The position numbers and the translations under genes were made by a program. Below are positions 21,709-31,408 of a DNA stretch of 64,000 nt, in pieces. The notes below the pieces were generated by a model that saw only the letters and a list, made by a program, of their open reading frames with translations, had not been told where the DNA came from and did not search any database. This DNA is from Planctomycetota bacterium. GTDB taxonomy: Bacteria > Planctomycetota > UBA1135 > UBA2386. The stretch is taken from positions 3,456,001-3,520,000 of the forward strand of contig OZ245006.1 in NCBI GenBank assembly GCA_965223545.1. The letters are read 5' to 3'. Position 1 is the first letter of the stretch, and every line of letters begins with the position of its first letter.

Positions 21709-22677
21709 TCAGCCCGCCGCGGCGGCCGCCGCTTGCTGGGCGGTGACGAACTGCTGCAGCTGCGTCAGGTCGTGCGCGCGGCGCACGGCCAAGGCGGCGC
21801 CGTGGGTCGGCGCGCATTCCAGCACCGCCAACGAGGCGGCGATGCTGAAGGTCTGCGTCGCGTCGGGCCGTGGTTTGAGCGAGCGCACCTCTTCGCGCAG
21901 CCCGACGACGAAGTCGACCAGCGTTGGAACGGGCTGCTCGACAAAGGTCAGCAGCGCGACCTCGTCGAAGTCGTTCTGCCAGATGCGAACCCCAGCCGCG
22001 CGGAACGCCGTCCGCAGCTCGAGGAACCGCCGCTCGACCTCGCGCTCGGGAGCCGGGTTGAAGAAGAGCAGGTGTGATGCCTGCTGCAGCCGATCGCCCG
22101 CCGGCATGCCGGCGGCGCGCAGCGCGCGGTAGTGCCCCTCGATGCGGCGGGCCATCTCCGGCACGGCCTGGTCGCTCGCGGTGAGCAGCGCGCACGCGGC
22201 ATAGTCGTCCGGACCGGTCAACCACCAGTGGTGCTGCTTCATCATCTCGTAGATCGCGGCAAACCGCTGGACGACAGCCGCCCCCACCCGGCGACCGTGC
22301 TCGACCCGCAGCAGCAGGACCGCGATCGCCTCGTTGCCGCCACCGCGCCGCAGACCCTGCTCGCGAAACATGCCGGTGGTGCGCTCGTACTCGGCGACGA
22401 AGTCCGCCGCCCGATCGCCGAGCCGCTGCAGCGCGGCGGCGAAGGCGAAGCGCAGCGAGGAGCGCATCGGCCCGAACCAACTCGCGCGGCGGCGCAGCTC
22501 GTCGGCGCAGGCCAGGGTGGCGTCCACCAGCGCGAAGGGCTGCCCCTCGGCGCGCACCAAGCTCAGCGCGGCATAGCGGAACGGCAGCGCGCCGGTGTGC
22601 CAGCGCCGGCGGTGTTCGAACTCGCGGTAGATCTCGGCGTGGCGGCGCACCGCAGCGCCGGACGAGAGCATCGGCAT
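21709..22677 (-). CDS. DUF4003-like protein
   Basis: Helical protein with MKQHHWWLTGPDDY motif and Ala-rich C-terminus. Confidence 0.65.
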   Translation of the reverse strand: MPMLSSGAAVRRHAEIYREFEHRRRWHTGALPFRYAALSLVRAEGQPFALVDATLACADELRRRASWFGPMRSSLRFAFAAALQRLGDRAADFVAEYERTTGMFREQGLRRGGGNEAIAVLLLRVEHGRRVGAAVVQRFAAIYEMMKQHHWWLTGPDDYAACALLTASDQAVPEMARRIEGHYRALRAAGMPAGDRLQQASHLLFFNPAPEREVERRFLELRTAFRAAGVRIWQNDFDEVALLTFVEQPVPTLVDFVVGLREEVRSLKPRPDATQTFSIAASLAVLECAPTHGAALAVRRAHDLTQLQQFVTAQQAAAAAAG

Positions 22678-22737
22678 GATGCGCAGGTTACCGCGAATCG
22701 GCAGCGGGCATTCAACCCGCGATCGCTCGCGCTGACC

Positions 22738-24039
22738 TCAGCCGCCGATGTGGAACACCACGGCCTCGCTGGTGCGCAACACTCCGGTGTTGTCCGGCTG
22801 GAACAGCTGGCCGAACACCATCGCTCCGATCAAGCTCGAGGAGTCGGGGATCACGAAGCTGAAGCCCGGGCCGAGCGCGCTGGTGGCCACGCCGACGGTG
22901 AACACCGTCGGATCGATGTGCAGCGGGCAGGAGCCCAGCAAGACCGGCAGAGGAGTGGGGCCGGCAAAGCGGTCGTCGAGGCCGATGCCGAGCGCGATCG
23001 GCCCCGGCACCGCGTTCGCCGCGACGACGGCGGTCGGGTTGCCGATGCTGGCGCCGCCCGACGCCGCCAGCCGCAGCTGGCACGGATCGCCGAACACGAC
23101 GCTGACCCCGTCCGGCGCCAGGTCGAAGTCGACCGGGTCCCCCGGCAGCCGGCCCGTCAGGTTGACCCACTGCGGCGCCGGGTCGAGCGGGCCGACCGAC
23201 ATGAGGAAGGGGTGCGGCGCGCCGCCGAGCACGAACGCGCGGGTGACGTCGTCCGGGTCTTCTCGCATCGCGACCGTGCCGCCCGCGGGCAAGACCGGGG
23301 TCACCGGGAGCGCGGTGGCCGCGCCCGTCGCCAGGTCGACGCGGCTGAGCGTTCCGCTGTCATCGGTGACGAAACCGATCGGCAGCCGGCTGGGCAGCTG
23401 TCGGAAGCCGGTGAGCTCGGGCGACGGCATGCCGGTCAGCGGAAGCCAGGCCCGCGTCAACAACCCGCTGTCCAGGTCGACGAAGCGCACCTCCGGGGGC
23501 TGTCCCGACCCGCCACAGCGCGCCAGCCACGCGAAGTCGCGTTGGCGGCCGAGAATCTCCTGGCCACAACCGCGATCGAAGGCGTCCAGGACCACTGGCG
23601 CGGCGGGGCGGCGGCGGTCGAACTCCACCAGCCCACCGCCCGTGCCACGCACCACCGCGATCATGCGGTCCTCCGGCCCCAGACCGAGCGAGGTCACCGT
23701 GCCGGCGACTGCGGCGAGAGTGGTTTCACCGACCACCGACAGGCCGCTGAGGTGCAGCCGCACGATGCGACTCGTGTTTCCCGCGCCCCGCACGGCGACG
23801 ATCACGTCGCGATCGACGGGGTCGATCGCGACCGCGAGGGGATCCGCCGCCTGCGCGGGAGAGGACTGGATCAAGACCGGCGCGCCCCCGGCGAGGTCCG
23901 CAACGGCCAGCGCCGTGCCGCCGGCCGGCCCCGGCAGCGCGCTGGCGACCACCACCCGTCCGGCGGGCACCTGGGCGGACAGGAACGGCGCGAACAGGAC
24001 CCCGGCGAGCGCCGGGCCGAGCCACGGGGAGCGAGTCAT
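22738..24039 (-). CDS. Secreted beta-propeller-like hypothetical protein with Cys-paired C-terminal domain
   Basis: Signal peptide ending LSA-Q. Beta-rich repeats. C-terminal FGDPC...CPLHIDP...GQ...SEAV domain. Confidence 0.6.
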   Translation of the reverse strand: MTRSPWLGPALAGVLFAPFLSAQVPAGRVVVASALPGPAGGTALAVADLAGGAPVLIQSSPAQAADPLAVAIDPVDRDVIVAVRGAGNTSRIVRLHLSGLSVVGETTLAAVAGTVTSLGLGPEDRMIAVVRGTGGGLVEFDRRRPAAPVVLDAFDRGCGQEILGRQRDFAWLARCGGSGQPPEVRFVDLDSGLLTRAWLPLTGMPSPELTGFRQLPSRLPIGFVTDDSGTLSRVDLATGAATALPVTPVLPAGGTVAMREDPDDVTRAFVLGGAPHPFLMSVGPLDPAPQWVNLTGRLPGDPVDFDLAPDGVSVVFGDPCQLRLAASGGASIGNPTAVVAANAVPGPIALGIGLDDRFAGPTPLPVLLGSCPLHIDPTVFTVGVATSALGPGFSFVIPDSSSLIGAMVFGQLFQPDNTGVLRTSEAVVFHIGG

Positions 24040-24159
24040 GAGCGCGCTTCGCCAGAACCGGGGTTCGAGTTCCCAAAGGGCCCGAATTTCCCCGCCGCGG
24101 GCCAGTGGGGCGGCGCGCTTAATTTGCGCCACGGCGCATTTTCGCGGAGGGGAGGGGCG

Positions 24160-24188
24160 AAGCGAGAAAATCGAGTCTGACTCGGTAC
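24160..24188. repeat. Half copy of the REP-like palindrome at 40826-40917
   Basis: aagcgagaaaatcgagtctgactcggtac matches the right arm at 27/29 nt. Confidence 0.8.
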
Positions 24189-24189
24189 T

Positions 24190-24951
24190 TCACGAGAGGT
24201 GTTCGGCTTCCCGTTGGAGTGGTTTGCCCAAAGCGGTGGCGCGCTGGGTGAAGAGGCGCTCGGCGAACTCGTAGAGCTCGACGTCCAGGGCGTTGCGTTC
24301 GGCGATGCAGGCGCGGACCTCGGGCGAGACGGCTTCGCGCGCGGGGCGGTCGGCGGTGATGTTGCGGCGCTCGCCCCGCATGTCGCCCCAGCCGAAGGTC
24401 AGCTTGAACAGCGCCAGCGATTCGTTGAAGCGCTCGGTCAACCCGACCGCGCCGAACTCGGCCAGGCGCGCCTTGGCGTCGTCGAGCATCGCGCGGGTGC
24501 ACTGGCCCCAGTGCACGCCGGCGTGGCCATTGGGCGTCAGCCAGCGCACGTGGTCATTGTCGGCCTCCAGCGTCACCCGCGTCGTGACGTAGTCCTGTAG
24601 GGTGATGCCGCCCTGAACCACCTTGTCGTGGAGGTAGTGCTCCGGCCGCGACAGCACGAAGTGGTAGTGGCTGATGACGCGATCCACGGGCTCGCGCAGC
24701 ATGGTGATGTAGGTCGCCGGCCGCGACAGCAGCTCGTGCACACCGTAGTGCAAATGGCCGCTGATCACGTCGAACGAGTCGCGCTCGGCCTGCGAACGGT
24801 TTGCGAACTCCTCCAGGTTTTGCGGTGCCCCGGTGAGCCGGGCAAACCGACCCCGCGGATACTGGCGAAACAGGATCGCTTCGAAGGACGAGCCCGCCGC
24901 CTTTGGCATGTGCATGAAGATGAGGGGGTTCGGCTTGGTCCGGCAGCGCAT
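24190..24951 (-). CDS. Sulfotransferase family 2 protein
   Basis: FMHMPKAAGSS (5'-PSB) and LREPVDRVISHY (3'-PB). Confidence 0.88.
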   Translation of the reverse strand: MRCRTKPNPLIFMHMPKAAGSSFEAILFRQYPRGRFARLTGAPQNLEEFANRSQAERDSFDVISGHLHYGVHELLSRPATYITMLREPVDRVISHYHFVLSRPEHYLHDKVVQGGITLQDYVTTRVTLEADNDHVRWLTPNGHAGVHWGQCTRAMLDDAKARLAEFGAVGLTERFNESLALFKLTFGWGDMRGERRNITADRPAREAVSPEVRACIAERNALDVELYEFAERLFTQRATALGKPLQREAEHLS

Positions 24952-25016
24952 ACCATCCTTGCAAAGCGGCGCGGACCGACCGTTTCAACCCCGGAATCGC
25001 CACTCGTCCCCCAAGC

Positions 25017-26042
25017 ATGTCCACGCCTGCACCGCGGGTCTCGGTTCTGCTGCCCGTCTACCGGGCGGAGAACACCGTGCGGCGCGCCGCCGAGTCGATC
25101 CTCTTGGGCCATTGGCGTGATCTCGAGCTGATCGCCGTCGTCGACGGCAGCGACGACGCCTCGGGGGCCGTGCTCGAAGCGCTGGCCCGCACCGAGCCGC
25201 GCCTGCGCGTCCTGCACACCGCGCACGGCGGGGTGGCAGCCGCGGCCAACCGCGCGTTCGAGGCCAGCCGGGCGCCGCTGATCGCGCGGATGGACGCCGA
25301 CGACGAGGCCCTCCCCGACCGCTTGGCCCGCCAGGTGCACGCTCTCGAGCACGGCTGCGCCGACGTCGTCGGCAGCCGCGTGGCCATCGTCGACGCCACC
25401 GGCGCGGCGGTGACGGCCATGCGGCGCTACCAGCGCTGGCTCAACGCACTGCTGACCCCCGAGGCGATCGCGGCGGCGCGCTTCGTCGAGCTGCCGCTGG
25501 TCAACCCCAGCCTCACTGGCCGGCGCGCGGCGTTCGCGCTCGGCTACCGGCAATGGGACGACACCGCCGCGGCGATGCCCGAGGACTACGATTGGTTCTT
25601 GCGCGCGGTCGCGCGCGGCTTTCGCTTCGCCAAGGTCGACGACGTGCTGTTGCGATGGACCGAGTCCGCGGATCGGTTGACACGCCGCCACCCCGACTAC
25701 ACCACGGCGGCGTTCGATCGCTGCCGCCGCGCCCACTTGCGCGCGGGCCCGCTGCGGGCGATCGCGCGCGTCGACCTGTGGGGTGTCGCCCGCACCGGCA
25801 AGCCGTGGCTGCGGTGGCTGCAACAAGAGGGCATCCATGTCCGAGAGGCCTACGACATCGACCCGCGGCGCGTCGGGCAGAGGGTGCACGGCCAGCAAGT
25901 CCGCCACTGCGACACCCTGGGCGACGCCGACGGGACGCCGATCCTGGTCGCGGTGGGAGCCGACGGCGCGCGCGCGCAGATCGACGCCGCGCTGCGGCAA
26001 CGCGGCTACCGGCCCGGCGTGGACGCGTGGTTCGTCGCTTGA
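25017..26042 (+). CDS. Glycosyltransferase family 2
   Basis: VSVLLPVY, VVDGSDD, ARMDADD, PEDYD. Confidence 0.9.
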   Translation: MSTPAPRVSVLLPVYRAENTVRRAAESILLGHWRDLELIAVVDGSDDASGAVLEALARTEPRLRVLHTAHGGVAAAANRAFEASRAPLIARMDADDEALPDRLARQVHALEHGCADVVGSRVAIVDATGAAVTAMRRYQRWLNALLTPEAIAAARFVELPLVNPSLTGRRAAFALGYRQWDDTAAAMPEDYDWFLRAVARGFRFAKVDDVLLRWTESADRLTRRHPDYTTAAFDRCRRAHLRAGPLRAIARVDLWGVARTGKPWLRWLQQEGIHVREAYDIDPRRVGQRVHGQQVRHCDTLGDADGTPILVAVGADGARAQIDAALRQRGYRPGVDAWFVA

Positions 26043-26864
26043 TCAGCGCGCCGCTCCGGCGTCGCGCGCGGCGACGACGGCAGCGGCACGGCCGAGATCG
26101 ACGGCCGCCCGCCAATCGCCGGCGTGCTTGAGGAACGAGCCGATGATGACGGCGTCGGCGTGCTCGAACAGCGCCGCGAGGTGATCGGGCGTGGCCCCCG
26201 AACCGACGACGACCGGTCCCCCGATCGCCGCGCGCACGGCGGCGAGCTCCGCCAGATCGACTGCAGCGCCGGTCGTGTCTCCGGAGACCACGACGCCGTC
26301 GGCACCGCAGAACCGGGCCGCCCGCGCGGTGGCCGCGATGTCGACGTCGGCGGTGATCGCGTGGCTCGAGTGCTTCTTCTTCACGTCGGCGAGCACCGCG
26401 ATGCCACCGGCGTCGATCGACCGGCGATAGCGCAGGAGCGGGCCGGCGTCGGCCTCGTCGAGGACGCCCTCGTCGGCGACCGCGGCGAAGACGAAGCCCT
26501 CGGCCCGCACGAAGCGGGCGCCGACCGCATGCGCCACCGCGAGGGCCGCCCGGTTGGCGCCGGCCAACACCTGCACGCCCAGCGGCAACTCGACCGCCGC
26601 GCGCACCGCAACCCCCACCGCGGTCATCGCGGCGACGATCTCCGGCCCGACCTCCCGGCGCAGATACGGAGCGTCGTGCATGTTCTCGAGGATCAACGCG
26701 TCGAAGCCCGCCTCGGCCAGGGCGCGCGCGTCGCGGACCGCATCATCGGCCAATGCGGCCACCGGCTTGCCCGCCGCCGGGGTACCCGGCATGGCGCCGA
26801 CGTGCACCATGCCGACGAGCGCCCGACTCCGGCCGAACAGTTGCGTCGCGTCCTCACACTGCAC
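26043..26864 (-). CDS. BtpA/SgcQ family TIM-barrel protein
   Basis: GMVH, LENMHDAPY, ADVKKKH, GSGATP. Start estimated. Confidence 0.88.
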   Translation of the reverse strand: MQCEDATQLFGRSRALVGMVHVGAMPGTPAAGKPVAALADDAVRDARALAEAGFDALILENMHDAPYLRREVGPEIVAAMTAVGVAVRAAVELPLGVQVLAGANRAALAVAHAVGARFVRAEGFVFAAVADEGVLDEADAGPLLRYRRSIDAGGIAVLADVKKKHSSHAITADVDIAATARAARFCGADGVVVSGDTTGAAVDLAELAAVRAAIGGPVVVGSGATPDHLAALFEHADAVIIGSFLKHAGDWRAAVDLGRAAAVVAARDAGAAR

Positions 26865-26985
26865 GGCGTCAACGTAGCGCCGTCCGTCCACCGACGCATC
26901 AAGTCGGGCAAACGGTACAGCCTCATCGTGAATACTCGGTCCGCCAATCGATAGGTGGTGCCTCCAGCAACCCGAAGCTCCCCTC

Positions 26986-27903
26986 TTGCTGACCATGCAA
27001 CCACTCGGCACCGTCGTCTCCGCCGTTCTCCTGTCTTGCGCCACCGCCTACGGCGTCGTCGCGGTGTCGACCGATCCGGCCGCGCCACCGCTGCCGCCGG
27101 CGGGCGCTGGAGCTGTCGGCGACGCCGACATCTCCTCGGGGACGACGCTCACCGCGATGGCCGAGGAGATCGAGCAACTGCGGGCGCGGCTCGCGGAGCT
27201 GGAGCAGCGCGCACCGCGCACGGCGGTGGGTGCCGCGGTCAGCGACCAACAAGTCGCGACCGCGGTCGACGCGTGGATGGAACGGCACGGCCCCTTGGCT
27301 GCAACCAACGCGACACCACCTACCGCAGAAGTCGAGGCCGACTACGAGCGCTTGTGGAAGGCGTTGTCAGTGGATGGCGACGACTGGAAGAAGAGAGAGG
27401 AGTTGTGGGCAGAAGCCCGCAAGGCGGGTCTGATGGATCGCCTGGTCGAGGCATTCGAGGCGCGTGCCGAGCAGTACCCGAGCGACCCCGACGCGCATTC
27501 CCAACTCGGCTCGGCCTATCTCCAGCAGGTGCAGAGCGCCAGCGACGTGGGCGAGCAAGGCAGGCTGGCGATGAGCGCCGACGCCTCGTTCACGAAGGCG
27601 CTGGAGCTCGATCCGAACCACTGGCGGGCGCGGTTCAGCAAAGCGGTCTCGCTGTCGTTCTGGCCGCCGGTGATGGGGCGGGGCAGCGAGGCGATCACCC
27701 ACTTCGAGACCCTGATCGAGCAGCAGAACGCCAGCGGCGTCGCGGCGGACCATCACGCGATGCCGTACGTCTTCCTCGGCAACATGCTCGAACAACAGGG
27801 CAAGAGTGACCGCGCGCGCGAGATCTGGCAGAACGGCTACGCGCTCTACCCCGGCAACGACGACCTGCGCAAGCGCATCGAGGCGCTCGGCGGGTCGCGC
27901 TGA
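26986..27903 (+). CDS. Secreted/anchored tetratricopeptide repeat protein
   Basis: Hydrophobic N-terminus and coiled coil. TPR patterns KALELDPNH and YVFLGNMLEQQG. Confidence 0.7.
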   Translation: MLTMQPLGTVVSAVLLSCATAYGVVAVSTDPAAPPLPPAGAGAVGDADISSGTTLTAMAEEIEQLRARLAELEQRAPRTAVGAAVSDQQVATAVDAWMERHGPLAATNATPPTAEVEADYERLWKALSVDGDDWKKREELWAEARKAGLMDRLVEAFEARAEQYPSDPDAHSQLGSAYLQQVQSASDVGEQGRLAMSADASFTKALELDPNHWRARFSKAVSLSFWPPVMGRGSEAITHFETLIEQQNASGVAADHHAMPYVFLGNMLEQQGKSDRAREIWQNGYALYPGNDDLRKRIEALGGSR

Positions 27904-27918
27904 CGCCGGCGTCGCTGG

Positions 27919-30435
27919 TCAGCGCGTCAGGTCGAACTCGACGTAGCCGTAGTCCGGAGCCACGTCCCAGGCGTCGTCGTTGACGAACACGAGCCGGATC
28001 TTGTGGGCCGTCTGGCCGTACGCCTGGTCGAGGTGGCTCAGCGGCACAGCCATCTCGCATTGGGTGACCTTTTTGGTCGGGTTGACCGAGATCGCACCGA
28101 GATCCTGATCGGCGAACACCGAGGCGGTCTGGGTGTAGAGCCGGTCGCCGGCGATGAGCAGCTCGCTGCCGATCGGCGGCAGGGACCAACCGGAGAACGG
28201 GTTGTTGTCGACGTCGACCATGATCAGCGTGCGCGAGTACGAGTAGGGTGCGCCGCCGAGGTCGAAGTTGTGCGCGGAACGGAAGTAGAGGTAGAGGTTG
28301 TCGGCGTCGTTGTGCGCCTTGATGTCGAGCCAGTTGGGTCCCGCCGAGTCCGGCACGTCGTCCCCGTCGACGTGGGCCATCGGCACGTCGTGCCAGTCTT
28401 GGAAGCGTCCGTCGATGTTGATCTCGATGTTGCCCTTCAGGGTCTTGGCCGAGAGCTGGACCTGGTTCTGGTCCTCGTTGCCCAGGCTGTCGACGGCGCG
28501 CACGCAGAACCAGTAGAAGCGGTTGCTGCGCAGCCCGCCGATGACGGCTTCGTACGGGAACGTGCTCGGGCTCGCGCCGCCGGCATAGCCGGCGCCCAGC
28601 TGCGGAGCGACCTCGAGCCGGGTGCCGCTCGGCACACCATTGGCATCGAAGGTCATCTCGCTGTCGGCGTAGTAGATGGCGTAGTGCACCGGGTTGAGGT
28701 CGAGGGCGACATCCCAGCGCACGGTTGCTGACTCGAGCTGAGCCGCGACTTCCTGCACGCCTACGCGCGGCGTCGGCGCCGACGGCGGCGTCGGGTACCA
28801 ACCATTGTTGTCGTTGTAGGTGCTGCTCCACACCGGCGCGTCGGTGTCGGTGAGGTCGGCGTTGTCACGCACGAAGGCGTTGACCAAGCCGGCGCCCGCG
28901 TCGGTCAGGTAGTGGCGCATGCCCGCCAACCGCTGCGCCTCGACGACATCTTGCAGGAGCGTCGCCAAGCCGTCGGTCGACGCGCCGACAAGGGTGAGCG
29001 GATCGATCCCCGGGCCGGCCGCGTGGCCGATGGACAGCACCTGGAAGCCATCGGGTCGGTCCGCCTCGACGCGCAACTTCGGCAGCACGTTGTGCTTGTT
29101 GTCGGCGAAGAAGTAGGCGTCGTATTCGCGCCAGGTCGCCGCATCGAGCCGATAGCTCGAGAAGCCGACCAGGTCGATGTGGGCGCGCGGGTTGACCTTG
29201 TAGTGCGGCAAGTTGGGGTCGAAGAAGAACAGGCCGCGGTTCTGCATGATCACCGCCTCGGGGTGATCGGTGCGGACCTGGTGCATGAACGCGGTGAACC
29301 CGGGCGCGGTCCACTCGAACTCGACCTGGTTGGGGACGCCCGGCCCGGTGTAGAAGTTGGGCGAGCACGTGTCGATGCGGTCGACGAACAGACCATCGCA
29401 ACCAAAGCCGGATCCAGTCGTCGTCGTCAGCTGCTCGCGGATTCCTGCGACTCCGTCCGCCGACAGCAGCATCGAATCGAGCGCGGCGTACCAGGCGGGA
29501 TCGCCAGCGTTGACGTAGCAGGCCAGCGTATAGCCGCTGCGATCGGGGATGCCGTCGCCGACGCCGCTGGTCTCCACCGAGTTGTCGTCGAGATACCAGC
29601 TGGCGTAGCCGCCGGACACCGACGCCGATCCGAGCAGCGGTAGCCCCTCGAGCGATTGGCCCGCCGCGCCCGGTCCACGCGGATCGACCCGCGGACCACT
29701 GCCGTCACCGACGAACCGCGGGTCCGCCAGCATCTGTGCCTCGCTCAGTCCGACCGTGCGCAGATCCTGGCCGATGACCAGCTGGCCGAGGACGATGACG
29801 TCGTCGGTCGGATCTGCCGGGTCCACGCCGTCTTGGATCTCGGCGATCAACTGCGGCGTCACCGACGATTGCTGGGGTGCGAGCACGACCAAGTCGTGCT
29901 GCTCGGCCACCGCGACATCGGCCGCGGTCCACGCGCCGAGATAGTAGAGGTGGGTCTGCACCGCGGCGGCCGCTGGCTGCAGGTTCTCGACCTCGACGGT
30001 CGAAGCGGGCCCGCCCCCGCCGCCCTTCGCGGCGAGCGCCCCACCGGAGACCGCCGGCGCGTCCCGCACTTCGACGACCACCTGCATCGGCCGGTCGACG
30101 CGAAAGCCGACATCGCGCAGCGAGTCCCACGCCACCCGATGCCGGACGCCAGCGGGTGAACTCGCGAGGTCGTCGACCGCGCCGCTGGCCAGGGTCGCCG
30201 ACCGCCACGTCTGCCCTCCATCGGCCGAGTAGAGCACGTCGACGTCGGCGCTCGACGCGGGGTCGCTCTGCAGCAAGAACTCGACCTCGACCTCGCCCGC
30301 GGCCACGCTGGGAGTTGCGACCGCGGCCACGCGGACCTCGACATCGCCGGCACTGGAGCCACTCTGGCAGCCGGCCAGGAGCAGCGCCGCGACCGCCGGA
30401 GCGGTCCCCATGAGTGCCCTTACACCGCGGTACAT
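27919..30435 (-). CDS. Lipoprotein with GH114/PelA-like TIM barrel, FN3 and C-terminal carbohydrate-binding-like domain
   Basis: LLAGC lipobox. CDGLFVDRIDT and IMQNRG. FN3 YWFCVRAVDSLGN. IDGRFQDW. Confidence 0.6.
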   Translation of the reverse strand: MYRGVRALMGTAPAVAALLLAGCQSGSSAGDVEVRVAAVATPSVAAGEVEVEFLLQSDPASSADVDVLYSADGGQTWRSATLASGAVDDLASSPAGVRHRVAWDSLRDVGFRVDRPMQVVVEVRDAPAVSGGALAAKGGGGGPASTVEVENLQPAAAAVQTHLYYLGAWTAADVAVAEQHDLVVLAPQQSSVTPQLIAEIQDGVDPADPTDDVIVLGQLVIGQDLRTVGLSEAQMLADPRFVGDGSGPRVDPRGPGAAGQSLEGLPLLGSASVSGGYASWYLDDNSVETSGVGDGIPDRSGYTLACYVNAGDPAWYAALDSMLLSADGVAGIREQLTTTTGSGFGCDGLFVDRIDTCSPNFYTGPGVPNQVEFEWTAPGFTAFMHQVRTDHPEAVIMQNRGLFFFDPNLPHYKVNPRAHIDLVGFSSYRLDAATWREYDAYFFADNKHNVLPKLRVEADRPDGFQVLSIGHAAGPGIDPLTLVGASTDGLATLLQDVVEAQRLAGMRHYLTDAGAGLVNAFVRDNADLTDTDAPVWSSTYNDNNGWYPTPPSAPTPRVGVQEVAAQLESATVRWDVALDLNPVHYAIYYADSEMTFDANGVPSGTRLEVAPQLGAGYAGGASPSTFPYEAVIGGLRSNRFYWFCVRAVDSLGNEDQNQVQLSAKTLKGNIEINIDGRFQDWHDVPMAHVDGDDVPDSAGPNWLDIKAHNDADNLYLYFRSAHNFDLGGAPYSYSRTLIMVDVDNNPFSGWSLPPIGSELLIAGDRLYTQTASVFADQDLGAISVNPTKKVTQCEMAVPLSHLDQAYGQTAHKIRLVFVNDDAWDVAPDYGYVEFDLTR

Positions 30436-30590
30436 GTGATGTCCGTCGACACTGCCCGGCAGCAGCTTGAGTGGCTGACGTGAATCTCCACATTCGAGAC
30501 CCGTCCCAGTCTCGATCTGCGACCGCGCGCCCCCTTGGTGCCGCGCTCGCCCGCACCCGACACCGGCGCTAGGGTTGCCTGCCCCTCACC

Positions 30591-31346
30591 ATGACCATCG
30601 ACAATTTCGTCACTCTCGGGTTTCTCATCCTCCTGCAGGCAGTGCTCGGCTTCGACAACCTGCTCTACATCTCCCTGGAGTCCAAGCGCGCGCCCGCACC
30701 CCAACAGGCGATGGTCCGCAGGTGGGGCATCGGCATCGCGATCGCGCTGCGCCTCATCCTGCTGTTCGTGGTGCTGGAAGCAGTGCAGCACTTCCAGGAG
30801 CCGTGGTTCGACGTACGCCACGCCTGGGTGGCCGGCAGCTTCAACTTGCACAGCGTGATCGTGCTGCTCGGTGGTGCCTTCATCCTCTACACCGCCAGCA
30901 AGGAGATCCTGCACATGGTCCGCTTGAACGAGGGCGGACACGGGGCGGGAGGATCGCGGTCGGCGGCGGGTGCGATCGCGTGGATCGTGGCGATGAATCT
31001 CGTGTTCTCGTTCGACTCGATCCTGAGCGCGATGGCGCTGACCGACGTGTTCTGGGTCATGGCCGCGGCCATCGTGATCAGCGGCGCGATGATGATCTGG
31101 CTCGCCGACCACGTGTCGGAGTTCCTGCAGCGCAACCGGATGTACGAGGTACTCGGCCTGTTCATCCTGTTCGTCGTCGGCGTGATGCTGGTGACCGAGG
31201 GCGGCCACCTCGCCCACCTCGAGCTGTTCGGCAACAAGATCGAGCCGATGACCAAGACGACGTTCTACTTCGTGATCGGCGTCCTCGTTGTCACCGACAT
31301 CGTGCAGACCCGCTACCAGCGCAAGCTGCTGGCGAAGGACTCGTGA
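30591..31346 (+). CDS. TerC family membrane protein
   Basis: AVLGFDNLLYI, NLVFSFDSILSA, multiple TM helices. Confidence 0.9.
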   Translation: MTIDNFVTLGFLILLQAVLGFDNLLYISLESKRAPAPQQAMVRRWGIGIAIALRLILLFVVLEAVQHFQEPWFDVRHAWVAGSFNLHSVIVLLGGAFILYTASKEILHMVRLNEGGHGAGGSRSAAGAIAWIVAMNLVFSFDSILSAMALTDVFWVMAAAIVISGAMMIWLADHVSEFLQRNRMYEVLGLFILFVVGVMLVTEGGHLAHLELFGNKIEPMTKTTFYFVIGVLVVTDIVQTRYQRKLLAKDS

Positions 31347-31408
31347 GGTCGGGAGCTCCTCCCGGCCGCCAGCCCTCCCGCTGCCGGCCGCGCTGAACGT
31401 GGATTAGG

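Noticed and set aside
24055..24090. GGGTTCGAGTTCCC tRNA-like motif
   Set aside because: No D-arm or anticodon arm could be folded around it.
30591..31346. TerC as part of the SBP-vWA stress module
   Set aside because: Over 8 kb away with unrelated genes between, and no other ter genes.
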